Shown here: piece after piece, positions 13,101-26,253 of the stretch
Layout of the letters: every line of letters starts with the position of its first letter
How positions within the stretch are numbered: the first letter of the stretch is position 1
Source of the DNA: Proteromonas lacertae
Lineage: Eukaryota
NCBI GenBank assembly: GCA_002245135.1
Contig: NGBS01001161.1
Span: 186,001-250,000 of the forward strand
Direction: 5' to 3'
DNA length: 64,000 nt
Program-made: the position numbers and the translations under genes
The notes under the pieces: generated by a model
What the model was told of the DNA's origin: nothing
Databases searched by the model: none
Seen by the model: the letters and a program-made list of their open reading frames with translations, nothing else

Positions 13101-14254
13101 AGAATTTTACAGTTGAATCAAGATTATTAGAAGATGAAATGATTGATATCACTCCACTCGATTTTATCACAGAAGTAATGAAGAGTATTGGTCCAGCAGA
13201 AGAAACAGCAGGTGATACTGAAGATGGTGATAAGGATAAACAAATTGAAATTGTTAAGGAAATGGCTAAGAAAATGAATATTAATGAAGATACATTCTCT
13301 TTAACATTACAATCTACAAATGAACAGTTGAAAGAAAGTTGTGATACTCTTGGTTTTCAACCAAGCGATGATTTTATTACAACATTACCACCTAAATCAA
13401 CTGATTCATTGGAAATAGTAAATGAGGAAAAAGATCCTTGGATAGAAGAATACTGGTGGGTTATATTAATAATATGCGTAGTTGTAGTGATATTAATTAT
13501 AGTAATTGTAACGTTAAGTTATTCTCATTCAAAGAAAACAAAAGCATTAAGAGAAATAGAAGAAAAACAAAGAAAAATTAAAGAAAAAGAAATTCCTGTT
13601 GAAAAGATCGTTGAAATGAATAGTGTAGCAGAAGAGGATTTGTATGTTCCTTATTTCTACGAAGTTATTATGGAAAGTTATATATTAAAGCAAGGAAGAA
13701 AGAATTTAGGTAAATGGCAAAAGAGATATTGTGTCTTATATTCAAATCTAAAGACATTTAGAATTTATGAATCAATGACTCCCAGTTATGGAGGAAATGT
13801 TTATTTGAATGAAAAACAAGATATTCCAATGGATTGTTATAGTAGTATAGACTATAAAGAAGGTTCATGTGAATTTACCTTGATATTAAAGATAAGAGAA
13901 TCTTCCTTCAAAACATATGAAGCAGGAGATAGTGAAAGAAAGATTAAATTCAAATGTGAAGGTAGTAATAAAGTTGAAGAAGCTAAGAAGTGGGTTGAGA
14001 GTTTTAGAGACTTTGACAATAAAAAACCAAGAACTATAGAAGCTTGGACTAGACCAGTAATAATCGATAGAGAAAACAAAGCAATAGTTGTAGCAACCGA
14101 TAAAGCTGAAGCAAAGAAAAATCAAAATTCAATAGAAAATGCTTTAAAGAGAAAGAATCGTAAGACAGTAATTCAGAACAAAAGAAAACCAGTCAGTGCT
14201 TTTGTCCCAAGCTCTTTGATGGTAAAAGTAGGAGTTTATGTTAAGCCAGAGTAA
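10180..14254 (+). CDS. Large type-I membrane protein (signal peptide, Cys-containing ectodomain, single TM, cytoplasmic PH domain), 3 introns
   Basis: Signal-like MDFTLISIH...YFLGMCEG; ORFs 10036, 10758 and 11711 are joined by GT-AG introns; TM WWVILIICVVVVILIIVIVTL; PH motif ESYILKQG...WQKRYCVL...EAKKWVESF. Start codon uncertain. Confidence 0.75.
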
Positions 14255-14328
14255 TATTCTAAATTAAACTTATATTAATATATTCTATACACCTTATAAT
14301 AATTGTGTTTCACTATAATACAAAATAC

Positions 14329-14623
14329 ATGAAACTTCTTGTATTATTTTTCTTTTCTTTATTTCTTTTCATTAAGCCAGTCTGTTTAGCAATGCCAGAA
14401 AATCACAATTGGCCTGATTTAGTTGGAGTAGATGTTGATGAAGCTGAAAAGAGAATTTTAGCTGATATGCCAGATGCTCAAATAGTTCGTGTTCCTCCAG
14501 TATTATTTTCATATCATTATATTTAATTTTATTTAGGCTATGATGACAAGAGATTACAACCCTCAAAGAGTCTTCCTTGTTCATAAAGATGGTAAAGTAG
14601 TTTTAGCTCCACACAACTCATAA
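14329..14623 (+). CDS. Secreted potato inhibitor I family (MEROPS I13) serine-protease inhibitor, 1 intron
   Basis: Signal peptide followed by WPDLVG..VDEAEKRILADMPDAQI...AMMTRDYNPQRVFL...GKVVLAP. Confidence 0.88.
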
Positions 14624-14695
14624 ATATAAACTATAAACTCTCATTTGATCCTTTTTTATTGGTGATACAAACTCTCATAAACAATAGATTAAAAA

Positions 14696-15374
14696 TTACT
14701 GCTTTATTGACATTACATAAGAAAATCTTTCTTGCTCTATCTTGATAATAGATGGAGGTTTTGCATATTTAATAATTAATGTATTATGTTCATGAGTGAA
14801 AGAAAGATTTGCTTCCATCAATGGAATACGATATCTTTTAAGATAAGGAATATCAAATCTTTTGAAATACATCTTATTGGTTGTTCTAATGACTAATTCT
14901 TGTTTTTCATTGTCAATTGTTATTTGATATGTTTCTAAAGGGTAGGGTATATTCCTAACTCTGAAAATCCAATTATCCTTTTCATCTGTACATAAAAATA
15001 TAGGCTATAAATAACAAATTCAACTATAAGTTATACATTTGAATTAGAAGGGTGTAAATCGATGGCTGAAGGAGTATCACTCTATTAAAAATAATAATGA
15101 GATGTAAAAATAGCATACAGCAGGTCTTTCACCGATTTCATAAAGCCAAGGTGTGTAATTTCCAAATGATTTCTTTTCTCTCCACTTTTTCGTTGTTAAT
15201 ATCTGTTTATTTACATCAAATTCTTCAATCTGCAAATTATAATATTGATATCATACTTCTTCCACATTATCATCATAATATGTATGACAAGTAAGTTTTC
15301 CTCCTGCTAATAATGCTGTTGATTTACCAGATGTGTATAATTTATACTAAAATAAACCAAATATAATATACCAT
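14696..15374 (-). CDS. DPCD: Protein DPCD, ~4 introns
   Basis: Spliced KSTALLAGG...EEF...KKWREKKSFG...W.YEIGE and WIFRVRNIPYP...LVIRTTNKMYFKRFDIP.L...LSFTHEHNTLIIKYAKP match DPCD. Confidence 0.88.
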
Positions 15375-15511
15375 GCTTTAAAAATCAAAAAACAGAAATA
15401 GTATTCGGTATGAAAAATGGGGTTTTCTGGATATTATTGTTTTTTTTCACCATCACAACAAAGATTAAGCTTTGAAAAATGAATAATATATAAGTTTTAA
15501 GAATTTGTATT

Positions 15512-17535
15512 CTAGTACATTTCATCATCATCATCATCTTCTTCTTCTTCTTCTTCATCTTCATTTTCACTTTCTTCTTCACTACTTTCACTTGAACTTG
15601 TTTTTTTCAATGGGAATTTTCTAGGTGGAGCAACTCTTAATACAAACCTTTCATCAATACTATTTCTTCTTGGAGTAGAAACAGGAGTTTTACTTCGTAT
15701 ATTATTTATAACAGCAGACTTTGTATTCTTCTTTATTTCCTTCATCGATAATATCAAATTATTCAATATAATAGAAGATGAAGTATCCATTAATGATGAT
15801 TTAGATTTTAAACTCATTTCAGCATTGGATAGATAATTTGGATTATTGATTATGCTATTAATTTGTTGGTTTTGTATATTAAATTTCTATTCAATATATA
15901 AATATATAAGAAAATATACTTTTTCTGAATAATGTAAAGCATCATCAATCATTGCTAAACAAGTAACATAACCAAATGGAACTTTATCTTCATTCATAAA
16001 TGAATATTTATTAATATAATCAATAGAATATTTTGCATTATACAACTTCAAGTATATTAAAATCAATTGACAATAAGATGAATTCTCAGCTTCAAATGTA
16101 TAAATATCTTTATCTTCAACTATTCTCATATTCTTATTAAAATCATTATTTCTTTTATTACTATATGGAGATTGATCAATAAATATATTACTTTCACTTT
16201 GGCTTCTTAATCTGGTTGTTGCTGCAGATGTTATTGTTGAATGAGAACGATTTGAATGAGGTGAAATACGTTTTCTAATTGGAGAATTTTGATCAGATAA
16301 TGAAGTAGAAGTATTAATATTAGTTGGTGTTGATGGTGATGTTAATAATGTAGTTGAACTACTAATATGGTTTGTTACATGAATTGAAAACTTTATTTCA
16401 TTATCTTGTTCTTTATAAAATGATAAATTTGAATGATAATGTAATGATAAAACAACTTTTGATTTACTTAATACTTTTATTTTATGTTTATTAATTTGTA
16501 TTTCAACTTCACTTTTTTCATCAACACCTTTGATTCCTTTTATATGTTTTATTTTATAGTTAAAATCACATTTTTTGCTCATTTCTGTTTTAACATATTC
16601 CTCTAAATGTTTTGTTGTTATTGTTGAACATATTTCACAACATTTTTTGTCTTTATATCTAACTTTCATTTCGATTTTACATCCAGCATCATTTATAGAT
16701 AAATAATACAAAGGACCACTTCCTACTAATTCAATGATATTATCACCGTAAAAAAAAGAAATAGACGTTAAAGAAGTTTATTAATTATTTATTGTTAAAA
16801 AGATATAAATTTATGTCTATACCATTGAATATCACATCTTTCACATACATCACTGATTTTACCATTAATCTTTAGACTTCCATGACAACGTAACTATTAT
16901 AATTATATTATTATTATTGTAGTTATACTACATCACCAACTCTTGGTTGGCCTGCAATATAACAATCATTCAATTCAACTCTTTCAGTATCTAATATTTT
17001 ACTATTCACATTATTTAAGGTTGAATTCAGCGATATTAACTGCTCTTTCAAATCGTTTAAATAATGACTTGTAATGTCTATGAAGTTCTATTAACTATAT
17101 ACTGATATTACACATACAATGAGATAATCTTCTTTCTTTTCACTTGCTTCTTCTTCTTCTGAAAATGCCATTAGTGGTGTAGTAGGATCAGAAATAGTGA
17201 ATTCTTTGGAAGTGGGCTATTACAATATTTTAAATTATAATACTCTATTAATTACATGAATAGATATTTCACGTCCATATGGTTGTAATTTATGTTTTAA
17301 ATTCTCTATATCTTCAATGCTTTCAATTTGACATCTATGTAGTAAAAAAGCTTTATATACTGGATCATTAACTTATTATCATAACGTACATCTGCTTCTC
17401 CCCATTTAACTCCATTAAACTTATTTTTAACTATCTTTGAGAGTAAATTTAACGGATTTGCATTTGGTAAAGGAACAACTGAACATTGACAAGCATCTAA
17501 TAATTATATTGCATTATAGATTGTGTACATGACAT
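15512..17535 (-). CDS. Hypothetical protein with AIR9/A9-like Ig-type repeat and acidic C-terminus, ~7 introns
   Basis: IAGQPRVGDVL...QWYR...G...GSGPLYYLSINDAGCKI resembles the A9 repeat consensus; exons join in frame. Confidence 0.6.
16748..16806 (-). other. U12-type (minor) intron, AT-AC, 59 nt
   Basis: Minus strand: 5' ATATCTTTTT; branch TTCTTTAAC; 3' ...TTTTAC. Joins QWYRHKF-GDNIIELVG in phase 0 and removes stops. Confidence 0.8.
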
Positions 17536-17650
17536 TCTGTAGTGTATATAAAGCAAAGAAGATAGACAAACTTGAATCAAGCTTTTGTGTTTGTTTTAAA
17601 ATTTTGACTAAAATATTTGTATATAGAAATATATATCTATGAAGATATAG

Positions 17651-18781
17651 ATGAATATACACAATTATTTGTTATCAGGAAAAAAATCTGAGAAACAATT
17701 AGTATTTTTTAAGGAATATGAAAAAGTAATAGATTACATAGGATTTACAAAGATATGCAGAGAATTATGTTTTAAATATGATGAAACTCGTATAAATATA
17801 GTGTTTGAAGATGGGCTGAATGAAACAAGTGAATTGTTGTTTAGATTCCTTTTGGACGATTTATTTAATATTAAAAAGAAAGGTAATTATGACATTTTAT
17901 ATGAAGAGCTATATTTAAAAAACGCAAATGAAGTAATAACAAGTTTATCCAATAGTAATTGTAGTTTATCCTTCTTATTAATTGATTGTGGATATTATTT
18001 TCAATACTATCATAAATTTGAAGGGTGGAGAAGTATATTTTCATATATATAATATTGTATAGAAGATTCAATAGACTGTTTGTGTAATAATTGTAGTGAA
18101 AATTTATTAGAATTGCGAAAAGGAGGATGTATTAATATTTCTATCTCTTATGATTAGTTTATAATCAACAAGAGAGTGATTACGGATTAGAATATCTAAG
18201 TTATAAAATGATGAAAATGACATATTTAAAAGTAATAGATTTAAGTAGTATATTTACTCTAAACTGATCTTTCAATAGATAATGAAATGAAAGATTATGG
18301 TTTAAAATGCATAACAGATTCCTTTTGTTATTTACCAAATATCATTGAAGTGACTCTAAGTTATAATAATATTACTTCCAAAGGAATACAATCATTTGTA
18401 TATAATATGAAGTGGATAAAACAATTAAGGAAATTAGATATATACAATAATGACATATGTTCTGGAGGAATGATATTGCTTTCTAATAATTTGCATTATG
18501 TTAAGAATCTAGTATATTTAGATGTTGGAAAAAATAAGATTAAAGATGAAGGTGTAATAAGTTTATGTAAGAATTTATGCTTTATAGAAAATATTAAATT
18601 GTTGAAGTTAAATGAAAATATGATTAGTAAAATTGGAGGGGATTGTATTTGTGAGAATATTAGCATGTGTAAAGTATTGGAGAATATAGAAGTAAAAGAT
18701 AATAATATATCAAATAGAAAGGATCTATTTAATGTCATACAATTAAATCATCCAAACAAGTATCTAAAAGTTTGGATTTAA
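17651..18781 (+). CDS. RNI-like leucine-rich repeat protein, 3 introns
   Basis: Repeats LxxLxLxxNxI.xxG (LRKLDIYNNDICSGG, LVYLDVGKNKIKDEG); similar C-terminus (NHPNK) to the gene at 61175. Confidence 0.8.
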
Positions 18782-19123
18782 ATCACTATAAAAAGTAGGA
18801 GAACAGAATAATGAAACGAATAGTGAAGGTGAAAATATTGAATTTGAAGAAGAGAAAGAAAAAAGGATAATTAGGATTAGAAAGGATAAAAGAAGAAGAA
18901 AATTGAAATAACAAATAATAAAAGTGATAAAGATAATAGAATGTAGTGAAATAATCATAAGAAATAAATATTTTGCTAAATACTGTAATATAGTATTTTA
19001 GTTGTAATAAAATCTAAATTATTTGAACTTATCTCTGCATTATATAAAATAGACATAGAGTATTTCTCAAAATCTTCTATGCTTCTTTTCTTTAATCAAG
19101 CTTCTCAAGCTAATCGTTTCAAA

Positions 19124-20804
19124 ATGTTTTTATTTTTAAATTTTTTGTTTCTCATAACTGTTAATTCCATTAAATTTTCAGGTACTCTTCAATCTAGCGA
19201 TTCATGGAAAATACTCACCAGGTTTTGTTTTGATTCAGAGAAAATTCCTTCTTCTATTTAGTATTAATACATTTATTAAATCATAGTGGAACTATAGCTC
19301 CTAATTCAGGGTCAGCTGTTAAAATATTCGCATTTGATACAAAAATAGATCCAGATTATATAATTGACAGTTCTGATTCCTGTGAAGAAAAAGGTAAGAA
19401 AGCATTTGTATAAACTTAATATATTTAAAAAAATAGATGTCCAACTCCTCATTATCAGTTAATATGGAAATGAATAACATAATACCAAAGGAAATATCAT
19501 GCTATTATATAGCATTAGGTGCTTGTTATTCAGATTGTTATACTGATGATTGTCAAAGTGCATTAGATACTAATTTTGTTTTATTTATACAGAATGGCAA
19601 TTCAAACTTTGAAAAGCATTTATCATCCGATGAAGGTGGTTTATTTTACATTGGAATAGTGTTTTAGTATATATATATATATATATATAATGCAATATAT
19701 TACTATATAAATAGCTTTCTTCAGTGTATTATAGTGTTGTACTACTGTTACATTGAAGTATATTTACAAAGATTAGATAAATGTCATATTACAGTTGATA
19801 TATTGAAATATTCAGATCTATTTACACTTATAGCTGATGTATGTTTTGTTATGTATTATTTGATTTATTCTAATGTTGGTAAAAAGTATAATATTTATAT
19901 ATATGAAATAGAATACAAGTGTTTTCTGTATTATATGATGTATGTTATAATTTGGCAGAGATATTTATGGTTTTATTATTCGTGTTGTTAGCTAAAGGAT
20001 GGACTATCTCAGCTAGAAAAATATCTAAAATTGTATATTATCTTATCTATTATATATATAGAGTCGATTGAAAATTACTATATATTTAAACATATATTTG
20101 TGGTTATCTATATTTTCTGTAATTTGGAGACGTATTTTGTTATTATTGTTAATATTATTATAAATAGAATTTGGTGTAGTTGAATATAAACGTAATAAAT
20201 TCTTTTACAATACTCCAGGAATATTGTTAATAGTGTTGAAAGGTTTAGTTGTTCTATGGTTTGTATATTCACTTCATACAACCACTAGTAAAAATCCAAG
20301 AAAAATGCATTTCTATAGAAAATTTGGTATTTTAGCTACAATGTGGTTACTTCTCAATTTCTGTATAATATATATATATATATATATTCATAGTTTTATC
20401 TGTCTTTATTGATCTATGTGATGAAGCAAATAGATATACTGTGTATTATTCTCTTGTATTTTCATCTCAATGGGTTGCTCAATTTACGATGACTTTATTA
20501 TATAATCCTAACACAAGATGCAACTCTTCATTCCCTTTTCATCAGAAGACAGCAGATATGAGAGACATAGATGAAGAAACTGCAGCAACAATTGTAGAAA
20601 ATACATGTATATATATTATTATTATTATATTATATTATGAAAATAGTGGCTGTTACTAGAATTGCTAAACTTTATGCTAGACAAGCATCAGTGTTGAGAG
20701 AAATTAGTCATAGTTTGTCATCTACTTATTCAAATGCTTATAGAGCTGTTCATAAGAAACAGAAACGTGTTAAATTAATGACAATGATAAGTGAAGTTTC
20801 ATAA
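19124..20804 (+). CDS. TMEM145/GPR180-like (GOST family) 7-TM protein, ~9 introns
   Basis: Signal peptide, W.ILTRFCF, HLSSDE, LAKGWTI and FPFH motifs; multiple TM segments. Confidence 0.8.
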
Positions 20805-20918
20805 CAATCAAATTTTCATACTTAATACATAGTATTCATTTTTTTTAATTTTGTAATAATTTATTGTTTTTATTTGTTTTTGAATTTAAAAGGGGAAAAA
20901 AACAATAAATAATAGATA

Positions 20919-22505
20919 TTAGAAAAGTGGTAATTTATCATTCATAAAAACTACAAACTCTCTATCATTATAACATTTAATATTATATGATGCACATTTC
21001 AACACAAGAACATTATCACCTGTAACAAGATAAACATCATCTTTTTTAACTTCATAATAATATAAAGCGCAATTAAGTATTCTATCATCATTCTTTAATA
21101 CGGATGGATTCTCATGAATTCCTTTACCACTATTTAAATATAATAATAATAAAAAGTATATATATATACTAATATATTTCAGAATCATTTTGCAAGAACA
21201 ATATTTTGTTTTTATATTGCGATAATGAATCAACTAACATTCTACTTGCTTTTCTAGCTTTTGATGCTGTATTATTATTAGAATTCAATTTCAAACCATC
21301 TAATTCAACTATAACTTGTTGAGGAACAATCATATAATAATATGGTTGTAGAATAGACATTGTTGATTGCAATGTGGAATGTTTGCTATTATAAATTTTT
21401 AAAGCTCTTTTTAAATATGATTCTATATTATCCAAATAGTCCAAATAATAGTTTGTATCAAATACTATTGAAATATTCTTTATTTCTTCTTTCAATTGAT
21501 TATTAGGTTGTTTCTTAACAATAGTAATTTGTTTTAATTGTGGTTGTATTATTGTCATTGGCTTTTGTCTTTCTTTACATGATGATGATGGTAAGAAATT
21601 ATTTGGTTTGGATTTTATTTTTACATTTTCATCATTATTCTCTTCAACTTTTTCTCTTTTTATGTTTTTTTCTTCATTCTCTATTCTCACTTTTTCTCCA
21701 GATAGATATTCATCTGATAAAGGAAGTGGTAATGGCGTTATTAGTGTTGTTGGTAATATAACAGGAGGAGATGGAGGTGAAGAAGGTGAAGAAGAAGAAG
21801 ATTTATGTTTTTGTAAAGAAAAAGAATCTGAAGAATTAGGAGAAGAAGAAGATGATGATGATGATTTAGTAATAGTTTTTGTATTAATAGATGGTGTAAT
21901 ATTTGATGATTTACTTTTATTAGTTTCAGATGATTGTGTTGATACTCGGGAGAATGTCATCATCACATTAGATTGTTGATTCTGAGATGATGCTATTGAT
22001 AATCTACTATCAACTACACTTTGTTTTAATGGTACAAAATGTGATTCATTTGTACTGTATTGGCTATAGTTTTCTTTGTCACAATTTGAAACAGTCAAAA
22101 GGGAAAATGTACTTTCTAACTCTTCAGTACTTGATTCAGACTCTTCATCATCATCATCATCTTCTTCTTCTTCTTCATTTGTTCTAACATTACATACAGG
22201 CTTTTTCACATTATTATTTATCGGTGCACTCTTAATCTATATGCATATTCATAACAACAATACATTATTATCTACGTTGCTTCTCTTAATCCATTTCTTT
22301 GTAACCTTATTAAAAACTAAATTATTTTTATAACAATCTAGTGCAGATTCAAATCTTTTACCTTTATATTTTTTAATTCTACAATATATAACAATAAATA
22401 CTTACTCTCTATTCTTTAACGCCTTTTCATAATCTTCATATGTAAGATAGCAATCGCAACTTGGAAATTTCTATTATATTAAACCTGTATATATACTTTA
22501 CCCAT
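20919..22505 (-). CDS. PIN-domain (SWT1-like) nuclease with Ser/Pro-rich linker, ~4 introns
   Basis: IVFDTNYYL, IVPQQVIVELDGLK, KARKA, NDDRILNCA and LVTGDNVL.LK are PIN motifs. Confidence 0.8.
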
Positions 22506-22933
22506 CTTATTTTTTGAATTAAAAGTTTATGGTGCGAAAAATATTTTGATACACCATTTTCCTAATTACTTTTGAGTATTTTCATTTACCACAATTGTAA
22601 TGATGCTCTTTTTCTCTCTTAATGTTATAAAAATGCGACTATATTAGAATATTGTATTTTCAAGGCAATTGTTATATGTATATTTGTTTTATAACTAAAA
22701 CACGATTTAAGCTCTGTAATATGTTTTTCAGAATAGCTATAACATAAATAAAACATTTTTTTCTACATTTATTTTAATCTCATTTTGAATCAAATATATA
22801 ACAAAATATAAGTTACTTTAATAAAAAGATTATATTCAGTCAAAATATGCTTTTTATGATTTATCACTCTGTAAAATGAATTAAAATGATTAAAGATTTA
22901 TGAAACGGTACAAATTGCACTTGAAACTAAATA

Positions 22934-23744
22934 ATGAATTCAAATGGCTATACTACATCCCTGCTGTCTCATTTATCATTTTTTCATGATAGACATTTAC
23001 GTATAACATATTTATACTATTTTAATATAGCCAACAACTTTGCTTCACAAGATTTATCTAATAAACTGTTATATGCATATTTGAACCTTTATCAGTCATT
23101 GATAGCAATTCAAAAACAATATAATTGTAAATACAACTATAATTTGAAATGGAACAGTATTTTGAAGCATAGAATTCTATCTGGCTATTATACGAATGTA
23201 TTAAGTTTTTGTCAAGATGTAACAGCAATTTTATACTCTCTATTCGATAGTTCACAAAGGTATAAGCATTTTTTTCTCATCTGTTAGAAATACAGTACAT
23301 ATATCAAAATTTTTAACAGATTTTTCTTCAGTACTAATATCTTTAGGAATAAAGCAAAAGTATTTAATATATACTCATTTTATTAACTAAATAGCTGTAA
23401 TGAAGATTTTCTCCCTGAATCTCACATAGAATGTATAATATATAGTATAATTATATAGTAACACCATTTGCAAATGTATCAGTACTATCAGAACTAGATC
23501 CTCTCCCACCCTCAAACATTCCTCTATCATTAACGCAAACATGTCAACAGTATCACTCAATTACACCATTCCATTCATCATTTATAAACCCTAAAACCTA
23601 TCTATCACTGAAATGTGTTGATTCTATTAAAAGAAGTATAGAAAATGAGCAACAAAATAGTATATAATATATATTATTTAAAATGTATAGATTTTAAAGA
23701 AAAAATAGATGTAAATAGACCTGAGTATCTAGGTAATCTACCAG

Positions 23745-23776
<32 letters not shown>

Positions 23777-26099
23777 TTAATAAATAAATAGAATAATCCA
23801 ACCAGTATTCCATCTGAATTTTATAATATTACATTGTCCTGTAGATTATGTCATTTTAAGACTGCTTCACCTTTATAACTTAGTAAAACACAAGCTAACA
23901 CATCCTTACGAAACAATTACCATATTGAATGATCATTTTTCATCACATATCACTTTTAATCATTTCAAATTAGAATCATTATCACCTGATAGAATATATC
24001 ACTGTTGTATTTATAACTGTCCATATCAAACCTATATTAAATATAAAATTGAAGAACATTATCGAATACATGAATTATTATTTCAATCAGTAAATAATAA
24101 CAATAAGAATGGAAGTAGAATAGAATTATATAGATGCCCATTTCAGAATTGCGGTTACATTACTATTAATAAATCATTATTAAATTCACATGTCAAATCT
24201 CATAATCCTCTGTTACATGATCCTTATAAATCACTGGATGTTGAAATGAATTTTAATACTTTGCATTATAAAGAAAAGGAATATCCTTGTCCATTTCAGA
24301 ATTGCTATTTTAATACTAATAATCGTGATATATTAATCAATCATCATTTAATTAAACATGTTAATAATAATAACATATTTAAAAATGGAAAAATACTTTG
24401 TCCTTTTGATAAATGCAATTATGTAATTAAATCGTTATCCTATTTAAAATTACATATTCAAACACATTATTCCGATGTTTATTATAGATGTTTTGATTAT
24501 AAAAATTGTGGATATATGTCAATATCAAGATGCTCAATGTATTATCATGTTTGCATATTCCACTCAAATCATAACAGTGCTAATAATTCATTTATATCTA
24601 CTAACACTAGTGCTAATAATGATGATAATATTCCTGTAGAAGAATATAGATTTTGTAGTGTATTTAATTGTGATTTTAAATGTAAATCGAATGATGTTAT
24701 AAGAAAACATATATCGTATCATTCTCATAAACCAAATGAAATATATAAATGTAAGAAGTATTGTTGTTCTTATTTAACAAATAATAAATGTAGATTCTAT
24801 ATTCATAACGTTAAGAAACATGGTAAAAATCGGTTACCTTATCGAGCTAAACGTTATTTTTCAATAAATCCTGATATACTACCAATTAAACATGTATTAT
24901 ATAGAAATAGTAATAATAATAATAAAAATAACACTTTTAATAGTTATATAATGAGTAACAATGATGATGATATTTGTAATGACAATTGTATAGTATATGA
25001 ATGTCCATTTTGTGAATTTATATCCAATTCTAATGACACTTTAATTAGGCATCAAATTATACATAGTAATTACAGATGTTGGTTTAAGAATTGCATATTT
25101 AATACTAAGGATTTTGAGCAGTTTAGATATCATTTAACTTCAAGACACAACTTCAGAGTTCAATTAGAAGAAAAAGCACAACAATTAAGGAATATAAAAG
25201 ATGGAAATATAATAAATAGAAGTAATATAATAAAACCAATATTATTCGATGATTCTACTAATAAAAAGAAAGAAAAAGATAAAAATGATTTTATTGTTAT
25301 TGATGTTGATGATGGAAGTACAACAGAAGAAGATGACGACGATGTAAAAGTAGACGAAATAAATAAGTCACTCGAAAAGAGGAGAATGATAGTTGATGAT
25401 GAGATTATTAATCCACTAAAACGTCCTTATATAAAAACATATAAATATGAATGTAATGAACATAATTGTTATTATGTAACAAATTCTAAAGTATTATTTA
25501 CACGCCATAAAAAATCTCATTTTTCATATTATTATTATAAATGTTCTATATTTGGATGTAGTTTTAGAAGTATTTATTATATTCAGTTTTATTATCATTA
25601 TATTCAAAAACATGGAGAATATGTACCTGCTTTAAGAGCTATGAAAAATACAACTGTTTGTAATAATGATTATAAATTATATGTTAAAAATAAAGATAAG
25701 AATAGATATAATGAAATATATCATTGCGAATATAATAACTGTAATTATAGTACAACTTCAAATACAGAGTTATTCCACCACTTGTTATATATCCATAGAA
25801 TTAGAGAATATAAATGTAATTATCCAAATTGTGGATATGTTACTAAATATAAAAGAATATTACGTTATCATATTAATTATCATCATTTAGTTAAGCCAGA
25901 AGAAGATATAATGGAAATGGATGACAGAGATGATGAAGTGACAATAGTTGAGGATGATACTGAAGAAGAAGATGATGACGATGAGGAGGAAAGATATAAG
26001 AATAAAAGAAGAATGGAATCTAAAACAACAAAACAAATTCATTATAGTAGATCTCATAAACGTCATCGTAAGAGGATATCCACAAACAAGAGAAAGTGA
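22934..26099 (+). CDS. Multi-C2H2 zinc-finger protein; ~5 introns; apparent +1 insertion near 23870
   Basis: Many CxxxxC-x12-HxxxH fingers in ORF 23925..26099; upstream exons join via GT-AG introns; 5' end uncertain. Confidence 0.8.
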
Positions 26100-26253
26100 G
26101 CTATTTTCTAATGTATTTTTCCAATCTAAGAATAATAGTTTATAATATTTAATGTTTTTTTGTTGTAATTTATTCAATTTTCATCGCCTTTAATATTTTT
26201 CATTTATTGGGGCGAATGAAAATTTTGGGTAAAAACAGTTATTCATTTTAAAA

